This document shows, piece after piece, positions 26,561 to 39,258 of a DNA stretch of 64,000 bases. The translations under genes and the position numbers were made by a program. The notes under the pieces were generated by a model. The model was given only the letters and a program-made list of their open reading frames with translations, was not told where the DNA came from and searched no databases. Origin of the DNA: Camelus ferus (Eukaryota); assembly GCF_009834535.1 (NCBI RefSeq), contig NC_045698.1, positions 15,626,001 through 15,690,000 on the forward strand. The letters run 5' to 3'. Every line of letters starts with the position of its first letter. Position 1 is the stretch's first letter.

Positions 26561-29140
26561 TGCAATCTAAAGACATTCATACTTCAATTTCTCTCCACAA
26601 GGCTTAACACTTTCTGAAATTGTAATGCATTCTCAATGAAAAATATGTTGCATAAACAAATGGTTCCCAAATTAGGGTTTATCCATGTTTCAATTTTCAA
26701 TCTTCTGCCATTTTAAACACTTTCAATTTAAGAATTGCTGCTAACAAAGATTATCTGAAATGACAACTCAATTTTCTAAATTATTCTTTGAAGATAAAAT
26801 GGGTAGCATTTTCTTGATATATAGCTTTGAGGCTATGACATAACTTAGTATGATACAGACAAAGGCACACAGTTATAGTCTCTGGTATAAGCATCCAACT
26901 TTCTGGGCATGTGTGTGTGTGTATGCACTGATAATACCTTTCTGTGAAGTGACTTTGAGCAATCGATGATATATGAACTAAAAATGTTTGCTTATCAAAT
27001 TAATTTATGTGTCGCTCTGCAATATGGCACCATACACTTATCCAGATGTACTAGTAAATCCAAAATGTCTATTTCAGAAAAACATTGGTTTTACCTCTGC
27101 ACACTCTTGTGATTTATTTATATATAAAGTAATATTTATTATAAGCCATACCACAGTTTAGTATTTCTTGAAATGATGTCAGCGATAACATCTGGCTTTT
27201 TTAAAAATATTAAATACAACAATTGTTGAGGCTACTATCCGTTAAGCCACTCAGCTTCTCCCACCCTCCATTAATTTCTACCAGAATAAATTATTTTAGA
27301 TTTGAAGATAGGGAAATTACTTTTTTTCTCTCAACAAGTGAAGTTTCTAATAATGATACCTACACAAATTAATGTTTTCCATGCATGTTCTTTCTGCAAA
27401 GAAACATGTTAAATTTGAAGCTCAATTTTAATAGTTCTTGGCAATTTTGCAATTGCCTTTTTCCTTAACCGAGTTCTATATTATTTATAATGCTTTGCTT
27501 TACTATAAACTGTCTCAAAGCCTTTCTAGAAAGAGTAGGAGCACAAATATATTTATATATGTTTACACACATACATATAATGGCTTGAATTGGTCCCAAT
27601 GTTATCATATTACTATTCCCACATCTAGAATCATTAAGACAGAGTTAATTAAACTTTAATTAGTTTCCATGTGGAAAGGAAATCTTGGCAACTGTTGTTT
27701 CATTTGCATTAGAAACACACACTGCCTGAGAACCATGGGTTTTCATTACACTTTATAAACAGGGAGCCATATGTCTATGAAAATAATGTTTTAATTTCAT
27801 AATAGGCTAGATCTTAGACCTACTCCTTTTTAATCTATCTATAAATACTAATTCACTTCTTAAATGATTTGAACTCCATACAATCGTGGCAATTATAAAA
27901 ATAGAGTTCAAGAGTATCAAACAAAACTTGCATAAAGTGCTCCTAGATCCTTTTTACTTATGTCCATCGGGAGGTGAAATTCTGTTCTATCTAGGACACA
28001 CCAAAAATCAGTTCCATTAAATTTTCAACAAAATATCAACTTTCTTACCTCAAACTCCACACTAAAGGCTATGGATCTGCTTTAATCAAAACCAGAGAAT
28101 GCCTTCTCAACAGACATTTGCCAGGGACCTCGATGTGATGTCTAGCTTCCATCACAAGCAGAGTTAAGATAACTGACACCCGTGAGGCAGAGTTTTAGAG
28201 CTATGCTACCTCTCCATTTGTCTTCAATTTCAAAGCTCCATCCTCATATTAAATTAACTCACAAGAAACGAGTGCACCAGAACAACATGAAATTATCTCA
28301 CCACAGAAAAGTGTTAGTGACTTTTATATTCCATGATCACGTAGAGAAATCACAGAAGCAGAAAAAAATGTACAGTAACAACAGGGGACATCCAAGCTCT
28401 GAAGTGCTTTCCTCAAATGTTTCTAAAACGCTTTTTGTGCCCAGGGCTATTTGTGGGCAGCAACGCCACCTGGGTGGGGTGCCCTGGGCTGGACTGGAAT
28501 TGCTTGGGTCTCGGTGTACACTTCTCCTCTTTAAGGCTCTCTCTGACTTTCCACTCAGTTTGAGGGCTCACCAAGTACCCCCTGGAGTTCCAGGGCTGGC
28601 ACCTAAGGAGTTGTCCCAGGGCCACAAGACCAGGCTCCGATTCCTAGTAGACAGCCTGTCAAGGAGATTCATCCTGCTTAACGGCCCCTGAATATTCTTT
28701 GCAAGATCACTGGAAATTAGACTGCTAGAATGATACTCAAAGACTGACTCGGTTTCACTCAAATTTTAGCTACAGTTAGGTAGCCCACAGAAACTATTTG
28801 CTCAGGGCCCTATACATCCTCGGGCAACCCTGGCTATGTGATCATTCTCAACAAAGATTCTATTTGAAGACCTTCTCCACTGTATTATTCAATATTCTTT
28901 AAACAAATTTCCAAAAGGTAAATTCTAAAAATATAGTGCAAAGAATTTAGATCTTGAATAGATTCGCTTCCTTTGAGCCAGTGCTGAAATCATAAGATTC
29001 ATCATGTTTCTCATTAGTTTCAGTTTTCAGAAACCACTGGGACTTTAAAATTCCAGAGACATAAACTTCCAGATCAGCTTCCTAACATTCCTTCTACTAT
29101 GATTTTCTATTTGTCTTTGGATTTATTTTAAACTCTCTTC

Positions 29141-29270
29141 AAATATATATATATTTTATATATAATAATAATTAATTATATATATTATTAATTTATATTG
29201 TTTTAATTATATACATTATATTAATTTATATAATTTATTATAGTTTAATAAATAATATATGTATTATTAA
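29141..29270. repeat. AT-rich low-complexity tract
   Basis: Nearly pure A/T. Confidence 0.85.
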
Positions 29271-29669
29271 TGAAATCCATGGCAAAATCTTTTAGAAAAT
29301 TTGAAAAATGAAATTAACAAAATTAAAATAAAATTAAACATTCATTTTTCTGGGAAAAAACTCTGGTGGCATTGATGCCAATCTAGTCTAGACATGAGTC
29401 AAAAATTTTATGTAAGAAAAACAGCAGTAAAGTATAAATGTTCTGAAGCACGTTTGTGCCAAACACAAATGCCATCAAGTATTTTGTGAAAAAAATTAAA
29501 GTTCTTTAAAATGACAATAAGATTAAAATATTCTGTATTGTGTTGAGATTGGCATGTACATATTTGGATTCCAACATTTATTACTTTGGCCATAAAGAGC
29601 TTCATCAATAGCTTGTAAAACCTGTAATAAAGAAACTATTTATAAAGCATAAGCAAGCTAAATCAACTA

Positions 29670-30018
29670 TAGATCTTCCTCGACATTCAATGGGATTACA
29701 TTCTGATAAATCCAATGTAAACTGAAAATACTGTAAGTCAGAAATGTACTTAATATACCTACCTTACTGAGCATCGTAGTTTTAGCCTAGACAGACTTAA
29801 ACATGCTCAGAGTGCTGCCATTAGCCTACAGTTGGGAAAAATCATCTAGCACAAAGTCTGTTTTATGAAAATGTGTTGACTTTCTCATGTAGTATATTGG
29901 CTACTGTACTAAAAGTGAAAAACAGAATGATTGTGTGGGTACAGAATGCATACTGCTTTCCCAACATTGTAAAACTGAAAAATCGTAAGTCAAACCATTG
30001 TAAGTCGGGGACCATCTG
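29670..30018. mobile_element. MER47A-like Tigger (TcMar) non-autonomous element, near full length
   Basis: TIRs tagatcttcctcgac and gtaagtcggggaccatctg, with TA duplications at 29668-29669 and 30019-30020. Confidence 0.9.
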
Positions 30019-30538
30019 TACTCCAGGACCACAATCTAGACAGTATGTTTATTTTTAAGGGGGTGGGAAAGGGAGGCATCCTGGTAATTCAGGGATACCA
30101 ACAACAATTTAGAAAATTTATACTCAGTGATGTTTTCCGATGTCTCTCATTGGTAAACAATTCCAGAACGGCTATGATCAGTAATGTGCTATAGTAACGC
30201 CTTTAATATTACACAATTCTACACAATTTTACTTAATTTTATAGTAACACCTTTTAATTTCACGTCTTGAGCAAATAATGTCAAAAATAGGAACATAATA
30301 CATAGTAACTTCATTAAAATAACTGGATAACCAGAGAGATTGAAGGAAAGAGGGATTAAATGATATTCCAAAGCTTACCCGGGCCATTGAGTCAGGAAGA
30401 GAAACCAGGTCTCTTGGATTTCAATTCCAGTGTTCTACTCACTGGTTTGTTCAACTCCTGTGCAAAATATCCACACACAAAACACAATGCATAAGCCCCC
30501 TTGCTATCAAGTTGTGGTCAAAAGAAACACGCCATTAC

Positions 30539-30769
30539 CTTGCCCACATACTGAGGCTCGGAGCCCATGTATTCCTCCAGCACAAAAAATTGATTCCATA
30601 CCCAGCCACGTTTAACTCGTTGCAAATGTGATCGCTGCCCTGGCAGGTGGATAACATTTTCTCTCGGTTCTGTGGCTAAAGTCTGTTGTGGCTGTGGCTG
30701 AAGTGGTGTTAGGAGACCTCCATCAAACAGGACCCAGAGAAGCAGGGATAAACAGTTCCTTGTAAGCAT
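30539..30769 (-). CDS. CDH12: Cadherin-12 (type II classical cadherin), first coding exon: 77 codons, phase-0 donor
   Basis: Translates as [77 protein letters not shown], recognisable as the CDH12 N-terminus: signal peptide, RVKR furin site, type [10 protein letters not shown] with Trp2/Trp4. ATG at 30769; donor AAG|GTAATG after 30539. No further cadherin exon seen in the window. Confidence 0.97.
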
Positions 30770-30955
30770 TGGCAAAGCCTTTCCTACAGCAGAGTAATGC
30801 AGACTCCAGCACTTAAAGTAGAATTGTGGAATCCAGGTTTGAGGTGTCTGTGGCCTCTACCACTTAGCTTTCTGTTTTATTGCAGAAATGATAATGCAGG
30901 CATTAATCCTTTTGATGAAAAGCCTTCTGCTATATTATATTCCATCTAAAGGGAC
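30770..30955 (-). other. CDH12: 5'UTR part of the CDH12 start-codon exon (186 nt; whole exon 417 nt)
   Basis: Minus strand reads TTCTGACaatttaatgtatctttgttaatctgttttaTAG|GTCCC: branch-point-like CTGAC at 30993-30989, U-rich tract, AG at 30957-30956. Boundary inferred from splice signals only. Confidence 0.8.
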
Positions 30956-31262
30956 CTATAAAACAGATTAACAAAGATACATTAAATTGTCAGAATTACT
31001 TGATGATGGTCAACTAAACTCTCGTTATATCTGCCAACATTTAAAGAAACAGAGAGGAAAGTCTTTAAAAGAATTACATTGGTAAATGGTCACTGTTATT
31101 TCACCTGTTAACTTGGATAAAATATCTAAGAGTTTTTTTTTACAGACTTGAAAAAGTATTAGTTCCAATGAAGTGAAAGGTATGTCAAAAACAGAAGCAA
31201 TAATTTTTTAAAATCATAATAACCATTTTAAGAATAAAACAGCTCTATTTTAAAGTGAACTA

Positions 31263-31493
31263 GGAGGAGGATTTCACGACCCTGGCACGACTGACACCTT
31301 GGGATGGATAATTCTTTGTGGCTGGGGAGCTGCCCTGGCTCATTTTGTGATTTTTCAGCAGAACCCCCTTTCCTTTGCTCAATAGATGAGAACACATCCT
31401 CCCCCACAGCCGGCTGTGACAACCAAAAATGTCTCCAGACATTGCCAAATATCCCCTGGGAGCACCAAAATAGACCAATGTTGAGAACCACAG
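31263..31493. mobile_element. MER20 hAT-Charlie element
   Basis: tgtgacaaccaaaaatgtctccagacattgccaaatatcccctggg...gttgagaaccac. Confidence 0.9.
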
Positions 31494-32707
31494 AGTTAGA
31501 GAATAAGGAAAAAAGAAAGCAGTTTTTAAAAAGCAAAAAAATTCTCTGAAGTTGCAGAACTGGAAAAACAAGTCCACGTAAGAAAGAATAACATAAATTA
31601 CTCGGCATAAAAGATCTTACTAAAACCTTAAGTTATTGAGAAAATGTCAGCTGGTTTTATAAGGCTTTATAAGTTTTAAGTTAAGGAAAAAAAAAAAAGC
31701 TTCTCTAGCCTTGGTATACCAGAAACTGTGCATACATGGGGATTATTTTGAAGGTGCAGCTCAAGGCAATCTTGGATATCTGTCAGGGGGACCCACCTCT
31801 ATTCTGCGTTTAGAAAAAATAAACTTTGAACATCCCCTCACAACAAACACTCATTTTCATTCATTTATCTAAGGTTGGATGTCTGTGACGTACTAGGTCC
31901 TGTTATATAGTAGATATGAAAACAGACATGATCTTTGCCTCTCTTACATCAGAAACAGAAAATAAATATACAAATAGTCAAATAAATGAATGAGGGTAAA
32001 TTGCCCAATGTTAAGAAAAACAAAACAAAACAAAACAAAATGCAAAGAGAATATCCTAGTGGCAAAACCTGTTTCAAAAACTTCAGTTAGCAGAAAGCCT
32101 GTCACAAGTGATGACTGTTGTGAGAACTAGAAAAGGAAGGGCATCTCTACGCTGTGTAAGCAGCCTGAGCAGAAGTGCCCCAGCCTGGAGAGTTGTGTGC
32201 ATTTGCCCCCAGGGGCCCACTGCCCACAGCCTATGAGGTTTCCAAAGGCCTCAAATGTCAGAGACCAGAAATTATATATGATGCTTCCAAAACAAGAGAA
32301 CTAAAATCAAAATGACTACATGCTTAATCGCATGCATTAAACATGCATTTATAAAACAGGACATTTGGTCAAACCTGTCAGTTGCAATTCAGTTTAATGA
32401 TTACTCAGTTAGATACGATATAATAAAAGGTATAATGCATTCTTCACAAATATTCAAATTTAAACATTCAATGTGGGAGCAATTCACCATGCTTGAGACA
32501 ACACGTGAGATGGGGAGGGTCTAAAACTTTCACTCTAAGAGCATTCTACAAGGACACTCCGAAAAACAGAAATAAAACAGGATATATATATTTTTTCTTC
32601 CTGCCTGAAGGGATGCACCTGTTAGCTACTGACAAAAACATAAGCAGTATATATTTTATTGCATCTTTTCATTCTGGCAAAATAATGTTCATAAAAGCTA
32701 ACTTAGA

Positions 32708-33028
32708 CCTGTATTGTCCAATACGGTAATCCCTAGCCATATGTGGTTATTTAGTGGAAATCTGACAATTTGAGTTTGAGAGGTGCTCTACTTGTCAATT
32801 ACATACAACATTTAAAAAAATTGGTACAAAAGTAAGAATAAAATATCTCATTAATTTCTATATTTATTACTTGGAGACATGATAATATTTTGGATACATT
32901 AGGTTAAATAAATATAAAATATTAAATTAACTTCACCTATTTCTTTTTAAATGTGTTTACCAGAAAATTAAAATTATAGATGCAGCTTGCGTCTGTGGCT
33001 TGCATTGTTTCCTACTGAACAGCACTGG
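32708..33028. mobile_element. MER33-like hAT-Charlie element
   Basis: tgtccaatacggtaatccctagccatatgtggttatt...gataatattttggatacattaggttaaataaa...tgaacagcactg. Confidence 0.8.
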
Positions 33029-34352
33029 TTTAAACAATAGAGCTTACATCACAACTGTGATTGCCACTTAAGTAATGCATTCTTAACATTCAAAATCAAA
33101 TACCTAGCACGAACTGTATCATGTTGACGTGACAATATATTTAGGATGTCAGAGGATATTTGCAACTATATTCAATAAGCCTGTGTAAGCATAATGCATT
33201 TATTTTCCTCATCTGTTTTCAACTTTATAAATTACTAACATCAACCACTGAAGTGTTTTGATTTTTTGAACTTTCCCCTTTGTCCATGCTTCTTCCCCTG
33301 CTCATGTCAATCCCACCCCAGGCATACTCAGAATAGATGGGGAGAGAAACATGAGTAGAAACGATGGCGGCAGGAAGTCTGGCTTCCCAGACCTGGTCTA
33401 TTATGTATAATTAGGTTGTATTTTTGCCTTTCCATTTCACAAATTTTTTTTCTCCTCTCCTTTTTGGGGGGTTATGAAGTATAAACATTCAGATTTTAGG
33501 GCACATTGACACCTAAAGTTATTTCTTTAAATGAACATCTTTTTTAGAGATTAAAAAATCTATTAGAGATTTTTGACAGCTGGCCTTATCCATCATCACC
33601 ACCATCATCAGTACAAGTTCAGCTACCCTTTCCCCTTTGAAGTTGAGGTTCTCTAATATCTGAGTTTTGATCCCCTGTTAGAAGAGTCTTTCAGAAATTC
33701 GAATTGGTCCGTGCCATCCCCTTTTGTCACCCTAGAGTGTGTGTTTGTTATGTGAGGAGATTAGCCCATAAATGATTAAGTGCAGAAGAATGTGAATGTA
33801 ACGTAGAAAGTATGTTGTTCTATAAGCTAATTCCCCAGCACGATAAAGATTCACATCGCCCCAAAACGCCCCTAAATGCAAAATATTGTGAGGAGGCTGA
33901 AGTGAAGCGGAGCCACAGAGGAGTACAGCGTGGCACCCGCGCCCGGTTTCCCTCGCCTCGTGCCCGCCTCTTGTTCTTTCCTTTCTCTGTCTCTCTGGAC
34001 ACACGTTCTACTCAGGCTGCTGCCTCCACATTTCCCTCTTTCTCTAAGTCGCCGGATCCTGACATACATCCCTGCCATCACATTCCTTTCTCCTTTTTTC
34101 CTAAAATGCCTTTTTTTTATTTACAGGAATATATATTTCTCAGTCGTTCATTTTTGCTGATGTTTTCTTTAAGATAGGAGTGATTGCTCGGGGTGACTGC
34201 GCAGGTTTGGGGGATATGCTCATAGTCTCATTCTTTGCCGTGAATGCTGCTGTTTTCATAGGAATTCTGCAGAAGGTAAAGCTTTTCAAGAACTCACATG
34301 CCACACTGCAGCAGAAACATCTGCAATTGAAAATGTAAAGCCTTCCGCTGCA

Positions 34353-34440
34353 CCTGGGGATGTGACGTACAGCACGATGATGACAGTTAACAACGCTGTA
34401 TTGCATATTTGGAAGTTGTGAAAAGAGACCTTAAAATCCA
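34353..34440 (+). mobile_element. L1MA9-like 3'UTR fragment
   Basis: ctggggatgtgacgtacagcacgatgatgacagttaacaacgctgtattgcatatttggaagttg; homologous to the 25718 fragment. Confidence 0.75.
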
Positions 34441-34744
34441 AGATTGTTACTATGACATTTATGAACGTTGTCCCACGATCCACCTCTGCACCACGCTAGA
34501 TCCTTGCCACTCTCCCCTTCTCTCGATTTCAAGCCCTTTACTGAAAAATATAATAATGAATAGTAATAAGTTATAGATGGATTTGTATAATTATTTGTTC
34601 CTGTTTTCTAAGCCCAGTGAGGAGGAGCTCTGAGAGTAGCAGTGATGCCTCTTCATTCGCTCTTCTCTTCCTGGCATCTACAATAGCATTAGGGAGGTAC
34701 CAAAAGCCTATTTATCAGATTTGGATGACTCTGTCACTGAATCA

Positions 34745-34975
34745 TAGTAGCTAACTTTTACTGAAACATGCTATGTTCCGCATAGTGTAGTATGTTCTGT
34801 ACCTGGATGACTGCTCTGTGAAGGAGGTGCTATAATTATACCCATTTGACAGATGAAAGGGAGGAACAGAGAAGCTAAATGACTTGAACATGGTCCACAG
34901 AGGAGTACCTAGCACGCAGGTTTGAACCGAGGCAGTCTGATGCAGGAGCCCATCCCCTTGGAGTCTGTTCTACGT
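34745..34975 (-). mobile_element. MIR SINE
   Basis: attatacccatttgacagatgaaagg...ggtttgaaccgaggcagtctga. Confidence 0.8.
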
Positions 34976-35568
34976 CGTCCCTGTCTGAATGAATGCAAAA
35001 AGAGTTGAGAACATTGAGGGTCTCAAATCCCAGCAAGACCAAGAATATGAGCTTAAAGATCTGAATTCCAAATTCTTTTCCCAAAGAGAGGTAGGTATTT
35101 CAATATAGGGCAGCTTAAAGTTTCTTGGACTCATTTATATCTTCTGTAAAATTAGGTGATTTGAAGCTCTCAGGCTAATAGTTCCTTTGAAATCAGGAGG
35201 TTTAGGAATCCGAGCCCTGGCCCACCAGGATGCAAAAAGAAACATACAATTCTAGGCAGAGACAGAAAAAAAAAAAAAGGAAAAAGAAAGAAAGTTATAA
35301 TCGACATGACAGTGTGTTAACAGAATTGGACAGGGGCTGAAACTCACACACATGCACAGCAGCCCTGCTGATCCACCCAGCGAGGCGCTAGGCAGGCCAG
35401 GTGACCCCAGGTGCAGAGGGAAGGTCAGGTGCCTTCCAGCCATGCAGTCTCTTCCCAGTTAGACTGAACCGGGGGTGCCGTGCTGCAGTCAGTCAGATGA
35501 GAGGACAGCCTGCAGGACTGAAGGGATGACTCTGAATTTGGGAGTTGCTTCCAGCCTTGGTACAGTTT

Positions 35569-36527
35569 AAAAAAATCATAATAAAATAAAGAAATGAAAA
35601 GATAGGCTTTGGAACAAGACAGATTTGAGGAATAATTTCTAATGAAGTTCTAGCAGAGTTTTCTGCTAAGTATCTGTCTATTGAGTAGCACTGGAATTGT
35701 GGACTCTTTTGTCAGTGGAGCTACAGACATGATGAAATAAATGTATTTTAATTTCATCTTCCAGTGTTCATAGAAGCACTATTCACAATAGCCAGGACAT
35801 GGACACAACCTAAATGTCCATCAACAGATGACTAGATAAAGAAGATGTGGTGTGTGTGTATATATATATACACAATGGAATATTATCAGCCATAAAAAAG
35901 AATGAAATGCCATTTGCAGCAACATGGATGGACTTATAGATTGTCATATTAAGTGAAGTAAAAGACAAATATCATATGATAACACTTATATGTGGAATTA
36001 AAAAAAAAAGATTCAAATTCTACTTACAAACCCAAAACAGACTCAAGCACATAGAAAACAAATTACAGTTACAAAAGGGAAAAGGGAGGAGAGGGATAAA
36101 TTAGGAGTTGGGGATTAACTAAAATAGATAAACAACAAGGACCTGCTCTATAGCACAGGGAACTATATTCAACTTCTTATAATAACATACAATGGGAATG
36201 AATCTGAAAAGGAAAAAATGTATATATGTATGCATATGGATAACTGAATCGCTTTGCTGTACACCTAAAGCTAACATCATAAATCATCTACACTTCAATA
36301 AATTTTTTTTAAAAAGTCATAATAAATTAAAAAAAATGAAAAGGTAGGCTTTGGAACAAAACAGGTCTGAGGAATAATTTCTAATGAGGTCCTAGCAGGG
36401 CTTTGTGCTAGTATCTATCCATTGAGTAGCACCAGAATTGTGGGGACACACTCAACAGTGTTCTTATGTATATAGTGTCAGTGGAGCTATGTACATGATG
36501 AAATAAAATATACTTTAATCTCATCAC
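35569..36527 (+). repeat. Long direct repeat flanking the L1 (35569-35760 and 36311-36527)
   Basis: Both copies read tcataataaa..aaatgaaaag.taggctttggaacaa..tgaggaataatttctaatga..attgagtagcac..gtcagtggagcta..acatgatgaaataaa..tcatc. Confidence 0.93.
35761..36310 (+). mobile_element. 5'-truncated L1 3' end
   Basis: gtgttcatagaagcactattcacaatagcc...ctacacttcaataaa. Confidence 0.93.
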
Positions 36528-37843
36528 TCAATTAGAACATGTGTACACATGCATTTCTGACCCCTTTTATTATTCTAAGATCCTACAATCCATCCCCAAA
36601 CTCTGTAACACTGCAGTCCTTCAGGGAACAGAGGAACAGATACTACTTTCAGTGCAGGATGCCACTCCCAGCAGATCCCAGCCTCCGGCCACAGTTGTCA
36701 GCCGGGGAGCTTTTAAAGTGCTATATCACAACAGAAGAAATGCAAGGAGATTGAAGGACTCTGGTTCTTAAGTGAAAGAGAAACAACTCCCCCAGGCAGG
36801 AAATACAGTTGAAATGACAAGGAAAAACTATGCAGAGCCATCAACCTGGGTACCATTGCCCCAGCGTCGATGGTGCTGTTATAAGGGTGAGAACAGCAGG
36901 CTTGCTCTGAGGTGTCAGCGCCCTATGGAAACACGTGAGCTCTAAAGAAGACGTATTTGTTAGAAAGGGTATCACTGGAGACCTGTTTTCTTCCATATAC
37001 TGGAGTTTGGGCATAGTGTTTAAAATTTTATATTTGTCTATTATTCCTAAACTTCTGTAGAGCCAAAGCGGCTCTCCAAAGGCTGTCCAAACGTGATGAT
37101 GAGTCTCTGGAGCCAAACGTTGCTTTTAGCAGAAGGGAGATTTTTAAAAATGGTCATATATCAAAGCAGGGGTTACTTAGAGGTGAGATACCCACTGACG
37201 GCTTTTCCGTTAAGCGTGTCTTCAATGGTGAGAGACACCCAAAGGCTGTTGTTTCTGTAGTTACCTTTATTTAATTTTGGGTGTGTTTGCTTTTAAGAAT
37301 AGTCCCTAATAGGCGTCTGCTTCATATAAATTACACTGAAAGGGGCTGTCCTTGTTAGAAGAGTTCTTATTAGGTTGACAGATACGTTAATTAAAAATAG
37401 TTCTCTATTATGGGTAACATTCTAAGGCTACCTTTATATTAGGTAACTCTTTAATAGTGACTATGCCTGTGGCCTCTGAAGTAATTTTTCGAGGGTACTT
37501 CTTATATAGCTTATATATACTAGTAGTTTTTGGAATGCCTTGGGGATGAACAGACAGCCTTACCACATGTCTCTTGGTCCCAGTAAGCCCACGCTCGAAA
37601 GAAATTTTATTCTCTCTCTCTGGTACAGGGAAACCTTAACCCCAACTCTTCTCTTTTACAAACTTGACACTGAGAAGGAGAGATGTAGAGATGGTAAGTC
37701 AAATCTGTTGTTTCTTAGGAGTGAAACAAACAAGACTGAAGGTGATATTTACTCTTCTATGATCTTGATTTATGGAGTTCATTGATCCTTGCTCTCTGAC
37801 TTATCCAGACCCTTTACTCTTTACTGTATATGTACATGTGTGG

Positions 37844-37848
<5 letters not shown>

Positions 37849-37882
<34 letters not shown>
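37849..37882. repeat. (TA)n microsatellite
   Basis: Direct inspection. Confidence 0.95.
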
Positions 37883-37888
<6 letters not shown>

Positions 37889-38089
37889 CACGTATATATA
37901 CTCTCTATATAAGATAATACTGGTATCTCCAAAAAGCTAAGAATAAGTATTGTCGGGAAAAAAAACTCAACTTGGTTTATCTTTCCAGTATGGATGACAA
38001 GGGACACAATCTCTGTCTCTCTATAAGAGAGATTTGAGTACACATTTACTTTAATGGTGTGATTTTAACTACATCATTGTTTGAACACC

Positions 38090-38562
38090 CTTGATGTGAC
38101 ATTCTGAAAAAGGAAGAACTCTTTGGTCTTCCTCTGAAAAATCCGTAATAACAGCCTAATCAAGAGAAAAGTGTTAGACAAATCCCAGTTGAGTGATATA
38201 CAATAAAATGCCTAACTAGGACTCCTCAAAACTTCGAATGTCATCAAAAACAAGACAAAATCTGAAAAGTTGTTATAGCCAAGAGATGCCTAAGGAAACA
38301 TGACAGCTAAATGTAATAGATGGGGTTCTGGACCAAGAAAAAGGACTTAGGTAAGAGCTAAGGAAATCTGAACAAAGTATGGACTTCCATTAATAATAAT
38401 GTATCAATATTGATTATTTAACTGTAAAAAAATGTATCATGGTAATGAAGATCTAATCTTAGAGGTAAGTGGGTATTGGATATGTCTGAATTCTCTGCCC
38501 TGTTGTTTCAATTTTTCTGTAAATTTAAATGTGTTCAAACAATTAAGTTTATTTTTAAAAAA
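38090..38562 (+). mobile_element. L1MC-like 3'UTR
   Basis: tgtcatcaaaaacaag, acatgacagctaaatgtaat, ggaaatctgaacaaagtatggact, aatgtatcaatattg. Confidence 0.8.
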
Positions 38563-39097
38563 GAAGAGGACAGCATGGGATTCAGTAATGAGGATATTTA
38601 ACAGGAAGAAAGGCAAAGGAAATTTCCAGCAAAATAGCAGAGAAGAATTTTAGGACGAGAACTCTATATAGGTTCAGGGAGCACCATCCAGATTGGGGAG
38701 CAGAAAGAATTCCAAGAGGTGTAACACCAAGGAGGAGAAATTTATGGATTAAAACCAATGAATTACATGATGTTTTTAAATGACAGAGAAGAAATTCACA
38801 CTTCACTGGAAAGTGTGTTGATAAAATAATGATTATTACATAAGAAAAAGAGGCAATTATTCATTCATTGAAAACAAACACAAAAATTACCAGCCAGAAA
38901 TGAAACTGAATCATATCATTACATGATTCTATTCAAGGATAAGACTACAATTTTTGAGGTATTATGAGTTTACCTATTTACAACATAAAACAACACCTGG
39001 ACGCAAATATTTACTTAGAAATTTTTGTTTAACAAGCTTGAGTGGAAAACCAATTTTTAAGATACTGAAACCATTTTATAAATTAAGAAATTGTGAT

Positions 39098-39258
39098 CAC
39101 AGGGAACTATATTCAATTTCTTGTAATAACAAACAATGGAAAAGAATCTGAAAAGAAAACATACAGATGCATGTATATGTATAACTGAATCAATGTGCTG
39201 TGTACCTGAAACTAACATTGTAAATTAACTACATTTCAATAAAAAATTTAATAAAAGA
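39098..39258 (+). mobile_element. Short L1 3' terminus
   Basis: cacagggaactatattcaa...tgtacctgaaactaacattgtaaattaactacatttcaataaaaa; possible TSD aagaaatt. Confidence 0.88.

Noticed and set aside
28182..28691. 169-aa ORF on +
   Set aside because: GTG start, no recognisable domain, antisense within an intron; likely chance.
30770..30775. ORF-track start MPM at 30775
   Set aside because: That codon is TTG; the recognised CDH12 N-terminus begins at the ATG at 30769.
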